A DNA stretch of 64,000 bases. Origin: Candidatus Latescibacterota bacterium (GTDB taxonomy: Bacteria > Latescibacterota > UBA2968). Below the pieces are notes generated by a model. That model saw only the letters and a program-made list of their open reading frames with translations, made no database searches and had not been told where the DNA came from. A program made the position numbers and the translations under genes. The stretch spans positions 4,640,001 through 4,704,000 of the forward strand of contig OZ244960.1 of the NCBI GenBank assembly GCA_965222605.1, read 5' to 3'. This document shows positions 39,564 to 49,065 of this stretch, piece after piece (position 1 is the stretch's first letter; each line of letters opens with the position of its first letter).

Positions 39564-40063
39564 GTGGTTTTCTCTTCCTGCAGATTACCCCAATAAGCAT
39601 TTGCCCAACGCACTTTAACCCGATCTCCCCAATAGTGTAAATCTTTAAATAGCTCCTCATGATTGATGGCTACACCTTTTGCCTGTGTGGTGCGAATGAC
39701 TGTGGGTAAGCGGTCGCATACTTCAAAGACCGTGTCACAGGATAGAAAACGGCGAAACCGTGTTTCAAATGTTTTCAGCCCATCGAGTTCGCGCCCATCA
39801 CCTGTTGCCAATCTATACATTGTGGTGCCCATATTCCCCTCGAATACACTTTCTGGATTGAAAGCAAAACTTGCTGCCACCGTCTGAAAGATCGTTCTTT
39901 CGCGGCTATTTTCAAGATTGCACCACCGAGCAAGATAGGGCCATGCGCGATCAGCAGTTGCCTGGCTGAATCCGCGCCTCAAGTTTGCCATCAAACCTCG
40001 GTCTTCTCGATGTTCTCTCAAATAAGTTACAAAGTCCTTTGCCCGCTTATCCAAATCAGGCAT
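39560..40063 (-). CDS. cse2: Cas11/Cse2 small subunit
   Basis: RGLMANLRR, ETRFRRFL, RVKVRWA; position in operon. Confidence 0.9.
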   Translation of the reverse strand: MPDLDKRAKDFVTYLREHREDRGLMANLRRGFSQATADRAWPYLARWCNLENSRERTIFQTVAASFAFNPESVFEGNMGTTMYRLATGDGRELDGLKTFETRFRRFLSCDTVFEVCDRLPTVIRTTQAKGVAINHEELFKDLHYWGDRVKVRWANAYWGNLQEEKTT

Positions 40064-41549
40064 TTTTTTCTCCTTTCGCCATTAATTTGTGTAATCCCAA
40101 ACGCTTTTGCCCTGCAACAAACGCCTGAATTTGTCTGGGCGTTTCATGGACACAAGACTGTTCATAAGCTTTTCGCAACGCAGTGCGAATGATACGTCGC
40201 CAGTCGTCATCAACCTGTCTATCTTCGAATAACAGACCATAACGCTGATCAAGTTCTTGCCAGTATATAGAGGTTGCACGTTTGACAATGCCATTCCGAG
40301 TATCTTTGGAACGGGGATCATTTCCCTTATGGGCATTCACTTCATCAAGATATGTTCGCACCGCATTTGACAAGGAGATGGCTGACGATTCAGCAAGGCC
40401 GACATTGGTTTGATAACTTTTGAGTTGTCCCTCTCCCAAGAGAGAGACAGGCAATCTCAAATTCCACTCAATAGAGTCCAGCGGTGGTTTCTGATAAGGG
40501 ATAATGAAACCTCCAACCCAAAAATCTATTTCATCATCTAATCCAATGACTTCTTCACCTATGATACGCAGATTTTCAAGCACAGGAGGTCCTCCGTCGG
40601 CTTTTAGTACCAAAACCGATCCTAAATCTCTCCAAATATGTTTGTCTGCGGAAAGCCGCAAATAGCGTATCTCATTTTTTTTTGTTGTAACAAGTGTTGT
40701 CGATAGCTCTCTGTAACTTGGTGGTCCCTCAAATTTTAGTTCAGGAGTAGATTTACAAAGGACACATTTCTTCTCCACGAAACTATTTCGTTTTGCAGGG
40801 GATAGTTTCACAAGTCGAGATAGAGGAGCCAGCCTTCCAAGATATGTCTGAGAAGCATTTAACATTGCATCTTTATCATTTGGATTAATCGGAAAGAAAT
40901 CCCAAACGGGTTGACCCCACTCGCCATTGGGTTGCTTTTTTATTTCTACTTTTGTTAGCAAATTAAGATGAAGAGTCTGTAATAGATTTTTATCCCTGAC
41001 AAAAGTATGAACGGCATTCAAGCAAGGCGCATTCCCCGCGCCAGCTTGTGTCAAGTTCAAATTATGCCATTTAGCCGTGCCCATAGTGCCTGAAGGAGAA
41101 AAGTTCAAAAAAGTTATGAGATTCAAAGAAGTCCAGCCACCCCTATGTTTACGGCCAGTTTCAGATGCTGCCTTATCATACAGGGTGTTATCATTAAGAC
41201 CAAAGTCCAACTTGTCTAATTTTCCGTCACTTTTAGCTTCCAAATCTTTAATCTGCATAAACGGTGTCTCGCCAAACAGATCGAACTTTTCTTTCCGTTC
41301 AGCCAAGTACGTCAAACTCTCGGATATAATTCGAGGCTTACAGGAAAGCCATTCATCCTTATCTTCTGGGCCATCGAGCGCGGCCTGTGTAATGCAAATC
41401 AGCAAACGCATCACCGCAATGCGTTGTGGAGGTGCGAGAGCGAGGTCCCGAATTTTTTCGGCCTGCTCATAGAGGTCGTTTAATCCCACTGTGCGAGTTT
41501 GCCCCTCTTGAAACACAACGGGTATCCAGGGATCACCAATCAAATTCAT
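40056..41549 (-). CDS. cse1: Cas8e/Cse1 large subunit
   Basis: MNLIGDPWIPV, FDLF..PFMQ, LLQTLHLN, IWRDL. Confidence 0.9.
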   Translation of the reverse strand: MNLIGDPWIPVVFQEGQTRTVGLNDLYEQAEKIRDLALAPPQRIAVMRLLICITQAALDGPEDKDEWLSCKPRIISESLTYLAERKEKFDLFGETPFMQIKDLEAKSDGKLDKLDFGLNDNTLYDKAASETGRKHRGGWTSLNLITFLNFSPSGTMGTAKWHNLNLTQAGAGNAPCLNAVHTFVRDKNLLQTLHLNLLTKVEIKKQPNGEWGQPVWDFFPINPNDKDAMLNASQTYLGRLAPLSRLVKLSPAKRNSFVEKKCVLCKSTPELKFEGPPSYRELSTTLVTTKKNEIRYLRLSADKHIWRDLGSVLVLKADGGPPVLENLRIIGEEVIGLDDEIDFWVGGFIIPYQKPPLDSIEWNLRLPVSLLGEGQLKSYQTNVGLAESSAISLSNAVRTYLDEVNAHKGNDPRSKDTRNGIVKRATSIYWQELDQRYGLLFEDRQVDDDWRRIIRTALRKAYEQSCVHETPRQIQAFVAGQKRLGLHKLMAKGEKNA

Positions 41550-44061
41550 CGTTAGTCTCCTCCCATTCGGGTGCATCTTCGATTTTGTAAATGCCTTTTT
41601 GAGTGTCATAGCCCAGTGAATACGTATTGGAACCAGTCAAATTACCATCTGAACCGATTGTCAACACAGCGACATCACCATATATATGTTCCTTTAGATA
41701 GTCTGGCGTTTTCAGTCTTTCTTCAACCCAATAACGCGGCACATTCACAAGATTTTTGTGTAGTGCAACCGCAGTCATAAAATCTTTCACATCATTTTCA
41801 GCAACAACCTGTGTACCATCCGCAAGTGTGAGTGTTGCTTTGTGACCAGTCGAATCATGCGATTTGATTAGCAAAGCGGGTACCTGTTCATAAGTGCTAT
41901 ATCGGGTCACAACTCTCTCATCGTCTTCAAGAGTAGGCATTGCTTCTGCTGTGCTACCCAATGCCTTACTGCGAAGTTTCTCTCGTTCAAATTTGAGTTT
42001 TTCGTAAAGACACGCGATCCATTCTGGTGTTTCACCATTTGGCTGCACATAAGTTGCCTCAAGCAAACCGCGAATATCATTGGGCAATCTCACTGTTTCT
42101 CGATCTTTCCATACCTGATAACTTTGCCATAGAACATAAGGTGCATATACTTTTGCAGATTTGTCTAAGGTGTCAATCAAAACATCCGCATCTTCTATAC
42201 CTGCAAGATCAGGGCATACAATATACAGTTCTGCACGTTTACAGGGGCGTTCGCGTTCATTGTGTCGCCACAACCGTCCTGCACGTTGCAGCATCATATC
42301 TGTCGGCGCAAGATCAGTAATCATAAAATCGGCGTCAATATCTACGCTCTGTTCTACCACTTGTGTTGCAACCAATACACACCCGTTTGGTCGGTTTCCG
42401 TTTTTCCCCAGTTTTTCCATCCATTCATCTTCGAGTTCTTCTCGCCGATACACGGGAAAACGAGAATGCAACAACCCCACACCTCCAGCCCCTTCAGTCC
42501 GTTCCGCGAGTACAGCCCGATAGCTTTCTTGCGCGCCATCAACTGTGTTGTTGATCCACAAAACACATTGTCCCTGTTGCGCTCGTTCTACGGCAAGTTC
42601 AGCTAATTCTCGACGACTTTGTAATGTAATATGTGTATAAATCGTTTGTCCTGCTGGGGGTTTGACTGATTTGACTCCGGTCTGTTGGTGACCAAATGTA
42701 ATCAGGGGGTAAGCGTCTTCTTCTGGAATTGATTCATTTTTAAAAAAGGAAGTTCGACGTTCATGGGTCAATGTAGCCGATAGTATAATCACCGTACATC
42801 CTAATTTCAGAAGTGTCTGAACTAATCTGTCCAAAAGGGTTCCTGTATAGACATCGTAACTATGCACCTCGTCGAGAATCACGACCTTACCTGCAAGACC
42901 AAAAGCACGTACAAAATAGTGATTGACTCTTAATACACTTAACAGTGCCTGATCAATTGTTCCGACACCAAAAGGCCAGAGCAAGGATCGCTTGGACGGA
43001 TGGAACCATGCACTGCCTGAACGCAGTTCTTCGCCGCCGGCTTGAAGCCAGGCTGTACCGTGAATGAGATTGGCTCCTTGATCACCTTGCACAATTTTGT
43101 TCAGAAATTGAGTGACTCGCTCATGAATACGATTGCTTGTCAAACGTGTGGGAAGTGCGAAATAAAGACCGTGATGGTATCCTTTTCTCATCAACTGATA
43201 AGCCGCATAAAGCGCGGCTTCTGTTTTGCCCTGTCCCATGGGGGCTTCCAGCACATAAAGCCCTGGTTGTGCCACCGCTTCGACAAAAGCAGTTTGTGAT
43301 TGATAAGGAGAATTTTCAAAAACTTCTTCAAATGAAAGATCGGGCTTCAACTTAGGAAAAAACCAACCGCAAGCATCTAAGGCTTGAGCTGCTTTAGAGA
43401 AAACATTTACATCTTCTGGCAAACCTTCAGCGGGAAAAAATGTTGTATCTGAACCGATCCAGTCGGAAACACAGGTCATTCCACTGAGCAAGGCAATCTG
43501 CTCATCTGTTGGTGGATCAGATGGTAAATTTCCGAAAATGTCGAGCAATCGTCCTAACAATATTTGCCGTTCCTTAGCCCATGATTCTCCCCCGTACACA
43601 CCACTTGTATCCTGATGAGGAGTTTCGCGTTTACCATGATGAATACCCAATACCTGGCCCCAACGCTCCCAGCCTTTTGGGAACTCACCTCTCATTTGAT
43701 AATAGGCCACCAAGGCTGCTTCGCTTACATTTGCGTGATAGGGGGTAAAACCGCTATCGTCCATTTGAGCTAGGCCCTGCACACGCTTTTCCAATTCTTC
43801 GCGTGAAAATATCTTTTTTTGAAATCCCGGTGCCACCTTACCAACGTCATGTGGAGCTATTAACGCAGGAGTTTCTTGTGGGATTTGTTCCTGCATGTTT
43901 AACGGTAATCGCTTCATCAATTCTTTCGCGACAGCACCTACATATGTGCAATGTGCTTCAACACTCAAACCAGGACGATGATCTTCTGTTGTTTTTGCAA
44001 TACATTGGTCATAAGAGATGATAGGGATTTCGGACGTTTTTCTTCGGCGAAATTTGGCCAT
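41533..44061 (-). CDS. cas3: Cas3 HD nuclease-helicase
   Basis: HDVGK, HHG, SDWIGS, APMGQGKTE, DEVH, SAT, QRAGRLWRH; GAGGAG RBS. Confidence 0.97.
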   Translation of the reverse strand: MAKFRRRKTSEIPIISYDQCIAKTTEDHRPGLSVEAHCTYVGAVAKELMKRLPLNMQEQIPQETPALIAPHDVGKVAPGFQKKIFSREELEKRVQGLAQMDDSGFTPYHANVSEAALVAYYQMRGEFPKGWERWGQVLGIHHGKRETPHQDTSGVYGGESWAKERQILLGRLLDIFGNLPSDPPTDEQIALLSGMTCVSDWIGSDTTFFPAEGLPEDVNVFSKAAQALDACGWFFPKLKPDLSFEEVFENSPYQSQTAFVEAVAQPGLYVLEAPMGQGKTEAALYAAYQLMRKGYHHGLYFALPTRLTSNRIHERVTQFLNKIVQGDQGANLIHGTAWLQAGGEELRSGSAWFHPSKRSLLWPFGVGTIDQALLSVLRVNHYFVRAFGLAGKVVILDEVHSYDVYTGTLLDRLVQTLLKLGCTVIILSATLTHERRTSFFKNESIPEEDAYPLITFGHQQTGVKSVKPPAGQTIYTHITLQSRRELAELAVERAQQGQCVLWINNTVDGAQESYRAVLAERTEGAGGVGLLHSRFPVYRREELEDEWMEKLGKNGNRPNGCVLVATQVVEQSVDIDADFMITDLAPTDMMLQRAGRLWRHNERERPCKRAELYIVCPDLAGIEDADVLIDTLDKSAKVYAPYVLWQSYQVWKDRETVRLPNDIRGLLEATYVQPNGETPEWIACLYEKLKFEREKLRSKALGSTAEAMPTLEDDERVVTRYSTYEQVPALLIKSHDSTGHKATLTLADGTQVVAENDVKDFMTAVALHKNLVNVPRYWVEERLKTPDYLKEHIYGDVAVLTIGSDGNLTGSNTYSLGYDTQKGIYKIEDAPEWEETNDEFDW

Positions 44062-44137
44062 ATAGGTACTCCTCAAATGAAATTTTACCTGCACAAATAT
44101 ATACCATTTCTCAGGTGATGCAAGCATAGTAATTTTT

Positions 44138-44230
44138 TTATATTTCATATATCCTCCCCGCCGCGATCATATCCTTTGCGATCAACAGTCGCAAATCTGC
44201 TGGTTCTGACTTTTCGTATTCAGCCCTTAT
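44138..44230 (-). pseudogene. Diverged copy of the WYL gene 3' end
   Basis: EPADLRLLIAKDMIAAGRIYEI* vs EPEDLRQVIAKDMIAAGRVYEK*; 20-nt identity 44163-44182 / 45521-45540. Confidence 0.8.
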
Positions 44231-44421
44231 TAAAGGTCTGATCCCATGATAATTTCCTTCCAAAGAAGTTGCTTTTCGTTCCGAAGTTAGCTATATCTTA
44301 TTCAGCGACCAGAATGGGCCGGTGCCAACCGACTCTGGACAATGTCCCTGGCCGCTACTTTTTTGATCTCCTGCTCATACATTTTCCCTTTACCGCTTGC
44401 GTGAAAAAAGAGGAGTTATTC

Positions 44422-44622
44422 ATGCTCCGCACTGCTTTGGGCATTGTGAAAGACGGCAAAATCGAAACGTTAGAAGGCATTATATTGCCTGAGGGGCAAA
44501 GGGTATTGGTCACTATGTTGCCTGACGATGATATTTTGGAGCAGAAAGCCAGCCAGGAAACTCTGAAACAGATTTGGGACAATAAAGAGGACGATGTGTA
44601 TGCACGATTACTCGACAAATGA
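44422..44622 (+). CDS. Small antitoxin-like protein (AF2212/DUF104-like)
   Basis: GIVKDGKIETLE..LPEGQRVLV, IWDNKEDDVYA; GAGGAG RBS. Confidence 0.65.
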   Translation: MLRTALGIVKDGKIETLEGIILPEGQRVLVTMLPDDDILEQKASQETLKQIWDNKEDDVYARLLDK

Positions 44623-44659
44623 TGTTGTGTACGTTCGATATCCTTTCGGCGGTCTGTAG
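44600..44659 (+). pseudogene. Truncated PemK/MazF-like toxin N-terminus
   Basis: MHDYSTNDVVYVRYPFGGL* overlapping the antitoxin end. Confidence 0.55.
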
Positions 44660-44734
44660 TATATTGAACCATTGCTCAATATACGGGATGTTTATATATT
44701 TATTTCTAAAGCTCAAATCTCCATTCGAACAATT

Positions 44735-45208
44735 ATGAAGCCAAAGCTCTACATTGAAAACTCTATCATTAGTTATCTCACCGCCCATCCAAGCCGCGAT
44801 ATTATTACCGCTGCTCGCCAAGCATTAACCCGGCAATGGTGGAACGAAAAACGGTTCGATTACGAATTGTACATTTCCGAGTTTGTCATTTCAGAGGCAG
44901 CAGCTGGCGATTCGGCAATGGCCGCTCGCCGGCTTGAAGTAATCACTGGTATAGCAGAAATCGAATTGACTGAAGCGGCTGCTGAATTTGCTGAGATTTT
45001 GGTTGAAGAAGGGCCGCTTCCTCAGAAGGCGACTCTTGATGCCTTGCATATTGCTGTGGCCGTAAATGGCGGCATTGAATACCTGTTGACCTGGAATTTT
45101 GCACATCTGGCCAACGCTACGATACGAAATCAAATTGAGCGAAAGTGTCGTTTAATGGGGTATGAACCGCCCATTATCTGTACCCCAGAGGAATTATTAG
45201 GAGAGTAA
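44735..45208 (+). CDS. PIN-domain (VapC-like) protein
   Basis: LYIENSIISYL, ISEFVISE, DALHIAVA, LLTWN, ICTPEEL. Confidence 0.85.
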   Translation: MKPKLYIENSIISYLTAHPSRDIITAARQALTRQWWNEKRFDYELYISEFVISEAAAGDSAMAARRLEVITGIAEIELTEAAAEFAEILVEEGPLPQKATLDALHIAVAVNGGIEYLLTWNFAHLANATIRNQIERKCRLMGYEPPIICTPEELLGE

Positions 45209-45209
45209 C

Positions 45210-45392
45210 GTGATGAACCACGACCATATCATAAAAGAAGTCCGAACGATTCGCGAACAACTGGCGGCATCACACGACTATAATGTGCGTGCTTTGTTTG
45301 CGGAAGCAAAGAAACGCCAGAAAGAAAGTGGCCGGAAGGTCGTGAAATTGACACCCAGGCGGTTAAAAATTGCTGACGAAAAAACGGTATAG
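45210..45392 (+). CDS. Small partner of PIN protein (putative antitoxin)
   Basis: DHIIKEVRTIRE...YNVRALF; directly after PIN gene. Confidence 0.6.
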   Translation: MMNHDHIIKEVRTIREQLAASHDYNVRALFAEAKKRQKESGRKVVKLTPRRLKIADEKTV

Positions 45393-45495
45393 CCAGTGCA
45401 TACGACTATACGCGACTCCAGCCTGCAAATGCAAATCTGCTGGCTTTGGCTTCTTACATTTCCGCTTTGTATCAAAGATCTGATTCCACAGATTT

Positions 45496-46470
45496 TCACT
45501 TCTCATACACCCTCCCTGCTGCGATCATATCCTTTGCGATGACCTGTCTCAAATCCTCTGGTTCTATCACTTCGCAATCTGCGCCCCAGCCTCTGATCCA
45601 CGGTTTCATTTCCAGTGTGTGGCTCACGGTTAATGTCATCAGACAGCCGCCATCTATCAGGTCGTCAATGGTATCGACGCAGGGCCAATCTGATTCCCGC
45701 ACCCGGTAGGCCACATTGGGCGAAAAGCGGAGTTTCACGACAATGCGCTCTTCGCCGCCCATCACGCCCCAGGCTTGCGTCAGATAATCGTAGGGGTCAA
45801 AATTGCCCCGAATCTCATAAGACGAATCGAGGATTTGGACCTGTTGTACGCGCTCGATTTTGAACTCGCGGATGTCGCGGCGCAGATGGTCATATCCGAT
45901 CACATAACAGGCATATCCCACGGGCGAAGGCTCGATAAAATATGGATCAAAGACGCGCCTGGTGGTTTCACCGGTTTGCGGATTGTAATACGTCAAACGC
46001 ACCTGTTTGCGTTCAGACCACGCGCGGGTGAATGTCTCTAAAACGCGGATGTACTCGCGATTCGGTTTGCGGTTGTGCGTGGCTTCGGCGGTTCGGGTGA
46101 TGTGTTGACCGATTGATTCGGGTAGCGCGCTGGCGAGTTTTTCAAGTGCAGAGACGACATGGGGATTGTGTTTGTCGCTGTGCGCTGAGAGCAATCGGGC
46201 CGAGAGATATAGTGCCAGCGACTCGTGCAAGTTCACGCGCACAGATGTGATATAGCGGTCTTTGTGCATGCCGAATCGACCATCGCGCTCCCAGATCGGC
46301 ACGTTGAGTTTGGAAAGGGAGTCAATATCGCGATAAATGGTGCTGCGGTGACAGCCCAGTTTTCTGCCCAATTCTAAAGCTGTGAACCCTTGAGCAGATT
46401 GAAACAGGATGCGACCCAGTTCAATGAGTCGCTCTGAACGCTTAAACTGTTGCGTATTGTTATTTGGCAT
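45496..46470 (-). CDS. HTH-WYL-WCX transcriptional regulator
   Basis: ELGRKLGCHRSTIYRDI HTH, FDPYFI, FKIERV, WIRGWGADCEVIEP. Confidence 0.92.
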   Translation of the reverse strand: MPNNNTQQFKRSERLIELGRILFQSAQGFTALELGRKLGCHRSTIYRDIDSLSKLNVPIWERDGRFGMHKDRYITSVRVNLHESLALYLSARLLSAHSDKHNPHVVSALEKLASALPESIGQHITRTAEATHNRKPNREYIRVLETFTRAWSERKQVRLTYYNPQTGETTRRVFDPYFIEPSPVGYACYVIGYDHLRRDIREFKIERVQQVQILDSSYEIRGNFDPYDYLTQAWGVMGGEERIVVKLRFSPNVAYRVRESDWPCVDTIDDLIDGGCLMTLTVSHTLEMKPWIRGWGADCEVIEPEDLRQVIAKDMIAAGRVYEK

Positions 46471-46555
46471 ATTAGTCTCCGCAGATAGTATAATGGGGGC
46501 ATGTTCCACATGTTGCGACAGATTTTAAAAATGTAATCGCAATTTCATCTCGCCC

Positions 46556-46598
46556 AAAAAAATAAGAGCCGGGGGATTGTATATCTATCCCACCGGCT
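46556..46598 (-). terminator. Intrinsic terminator upstream of WYL gene
   Basis: AGCCGGTGGGAT...ATCCCCCGGCT stem then T-rich tract. Confidence 0.6.
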
Positions 46599-46702
46599 AA
46601 TAAGTGTAGAGATTGAAATGTTAATATCAAGGGCGATTGTAGGCGGTTTTGCATTCATCTACAGCCTGATCTATCTTGGCGGATAAGTCATCCACGCGGT
46701 TT

Positions 46703-48073
46703 TTAACTCGGCTGGAACCGAAACGCAAATAGATCCGCGTCCTTGAGGGTGAAGCGTAACCGCACTGGCTGACCTGCCAGCAGACGCAGATCCCCCTTAC
46801 TCTCCCAACGGACTGTACCGTCGATGGCATCACCGAATATTTCAAGGCACTCGTCCAGTGCGAAGCCCGGCTGCGGATGCCCTTCCGTATCTTGGATTTC
46901 AACGCGCACAAATCCCACCGCTGATGTCGAAAAGTTCAATTTCAGACTGTCGCCTGTGAAAATTAACGGACGGGTGACGAACTCGCCGCCAGCGTAGCCT
47001 GCCCGGACCGACACGAACCCGTCGGTTCGGAGCGAGAATCGACGAATGTGGACAGTTGGCAGCCGCCAGTTTTCCATACCGTATAGCGAGAGTTCATCGG
47101 GTGACGTTTGCAGAATGCCCCGCTCCATGTACATCCCGCGCTCATGCCAGTTGCCCTCATCGAGCCCGGGACGGACAAAAGCCTCCATGAAACTGCGGTC
47201 AAAGTGGCGTCCATCGCGGCTGGACATAAACACGATGTCATTCACGCCTGAACCGTATTCCCAGCCCGGAATTGGCTCGCGTTCAGGCACGAAGCGTGCC
47301 GGAAACATCAGATATACTCCCGGCGCCCGCTCGTAAGGCACGCAGGCATTGGTATAGAGATGTTCAAAGGGAGTCTCGCCGGTGTCAATCAGTTCAAGCG
47401 GTGTCCAACGGCGAAAGTCTTTGGAGGTCGTGCGGCGAATCCAGCGCACCCCGTTTTTGAAATTGCCCTTACCTGCCACGCCGCGCGTGTACGCGACATA
47501 TTCCTCCTGTTCCACGTCCCAAAAGGCGATATTGTGTGAATCAAAGGGTCCATCGGTCAGGATTGGCGCATTCTGCACCAGTCGCCAGCGGAGACCGTCA
47601 GGCGAGACCAACGCGAGTACATCGCTAGTACGTACAATGGCTTTGTACCGTTCTTCGTCCAACGCGTCGGGATTGCCATCGAGAAACGGCGACATGTTAT
47701 TACCCGGTCCCGCCCAGACGAGGTTATTCTCCTTCGAATTTTGAAACTCAATCAGTCCGAGTTGTGGCTTCTCCCAGTGAACGCCGTCGGTGCTTTCAGC
47801 GTAGGCGATGAGCGGTTGACGCGTACCACGAATCGGCATCCCCTGGTCGCAGCGATACCACGCGCGGAACCGGTCGCCCTCGCGGAACGTTACCATATAG
47901 GAAACACCGCCCCGTTCCCACGGATGTTCAGCGGAAATTACAACCTCACGACGCACAGGTTCATGCAAGCGCTGCGTGACACCCTGCGCTTCAGCAATCC
48001 AGAAATTGTCCACGAATAGTTGGCGGTCTGTGCCGATGTGGATAGGTGAACTGTTGTTATCTTGTCGTTCCAT
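46703..48073 (-). CDS. Beta-propeller glycoside-hydrolase-like protein
   Basis: Asp-box-like motifs (STDGVHW, SPDGLRW, SKDFRRW, SRDGRHF), LRTDGF. Confidence 0.65.
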   Translation of the reverse strand: MERQDNNSSPIHIGTDRQLFVDNFWIAEAQGVTQRLHEPVRREVVISAEHPWERGGVSYMVTFREGDRFRAWYRCDQGMPIRGTRQPLIAYAESTDGVHWEKPQLGLIEFQNSKENNLVWAGPGNNMSPFLDGNPDALDEERYKAIVRTSDVLALVSPDGLRWRLVQNAPILTDGPFDSHNIAFWDVEQEEYVAYTRGVAGKGNFKNGVRWIRRTTSKDFRRWTPLELIDTGETPFEHLYTNACVPYERAPGVYLMFPARFVPEREPIPGWEYGSGVNDIVFMSSRDGRHFDRSFMEAFVRPGLDEGNWHERGMYMERGILQTSPDELSLYGMENWRLPTVHIRRFSLRTDGFVSVRAGYAGGEFVTRPLIFTGDSLKLNFSTSAVGFVRVEIQDTEGHPQPGFALDECLEIFGDAIDGTVRWESKGDLRLLAGQPVRLRFTLKDADLFAFRFQPS

Positions 48074-48099
48074 TTTGGACTCTTTCGTCTACAAAAGAA

Positions 48100-49062
48100 T
48101 TAAAAAAGTGAGAGTTGGACGGGGTCTTGTTCTGTTGTGGGTTGTCTGGCAGGTCTCTCATCGGGATAGCACACGGCTTTGAAGGGGCAGGTGGTACACA
48201 GGTGGGTATTTGTTGTCATTGGAAAGGCGTCTTGCGAAGCGGTGTTTTGCTCGGGATCGTCGAGGAGGGCGCGCATTTTCTGGACGCTTTCGGTGACAAA
48301 TATACGGGTCTGATCGAGGTCGTCGGGAGAGAGGTCTAAGGTTTGCTCGGTGTTGGTTTGCAGGTAGATGTCCTTAAGTTGCAGGTCGGATAATGCGACG
48401 CCCCACTGCGAGGTGGCGTACAGAGCATACACAGCGAGTTGGTGGCGGTCGGCCTGGCGTTCGCGCCCGGTTTTCCAGTCGAATATATAGACAGAATCGC
48501 CACGGCGAATCGCCACGTCGAGTACGACCCAGATTTTGGTATTGGCAAGGGTAAAATCTGTGAGTTTTTCAATGGTGAGATAGTCTTCAGGACGGGCAGA
48601 TTGCAGGGTGGCGTAGGCATTGGAGGCGAAAAAAGCCTTGAGACTCGTCGAAATGTGATTGGCCGAGTTGATTCGGTCGGTTTCTGAAAAGGGTTCGTTG
48701 TAATAGTGTTCAAACAAATTGGTGTATTGAGAGGCCGAATAGCGCCAGAGATGTTCCTCGGATTCTTGCAGGTGCTGACCGAACAAGTTTTGCGCGTAGG
48801 TCTCGACAGCAAAGGGGAGAGTATCGCGCCCCAATTTCAACGCCTTGAGCACATTGTTGATGGCGTCGTGAACCACGGAACCGACGAGTTGCGGTACTGT
48901 GGTTATTTTTTTCAGGCGATATAGCAGTTGGCTCTGCGCGTCTGCGTCTTTGTCCCAGCCACCCCAACTGCCGTAGTAGTTGAAGTAGTATTGTCGCTTG
49001 CACGATTCAAACATGCGATGGCGCGATGGCGACCAGGAGAATTCGTTTTGGAAATTGGACAT
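48100..49062 (-). CDS. PD-(D/E)XK nuclease, Cas4/AddB-like with 4 Cys
   Basis: WSPSR..FESCKRQYY, G..VH, LD...DWKTG, QLAVYA, CTTCPFKAVC, C-terminal QLSLF. Confidence 0.85.
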   Translation of the reverse strand: MSNFQNEFSWSPSRHRMFESCKRQYYFNYYGSWGGWDKDADAQSQLLYRLKKITTVPQLVGSVVHDAINNVLKALKLGRDTLPFAVETYAQNLFGQHLQESEEHLWRYSASQYTNLFEHYYNEPFSETDRINSANHISTSLKAFFASNAYATLQSARPEDYLTIEKLTDFTLANTKIWVVLDVAIRRGDSVYIFDWKTGRERQADRHQLAVYALYATSQWGVALSDLQLKDIYLQTNTEQTLDLSPDDLDQTRIFVTESVQKMRALLDDPEQNTASQDAFPMTTNTHLCTTCPFKAVCYPDERPARQPTTEQDPVQLSLF

Positions 49063-49065
49063 ATT

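Noticed and set aside
46490-46550. Candidate WYL operator (CATGTTCCACATGTTGCGACA)
   Set aside because: Only weak symmetry and no second copy near cas3
46627-46911. 94-aa ORF or possible gene tail (KNRVDDLSAKIDQAVDEC...)
   Set aside because: Mostly overlaps the propeller gene; tail not identifiable
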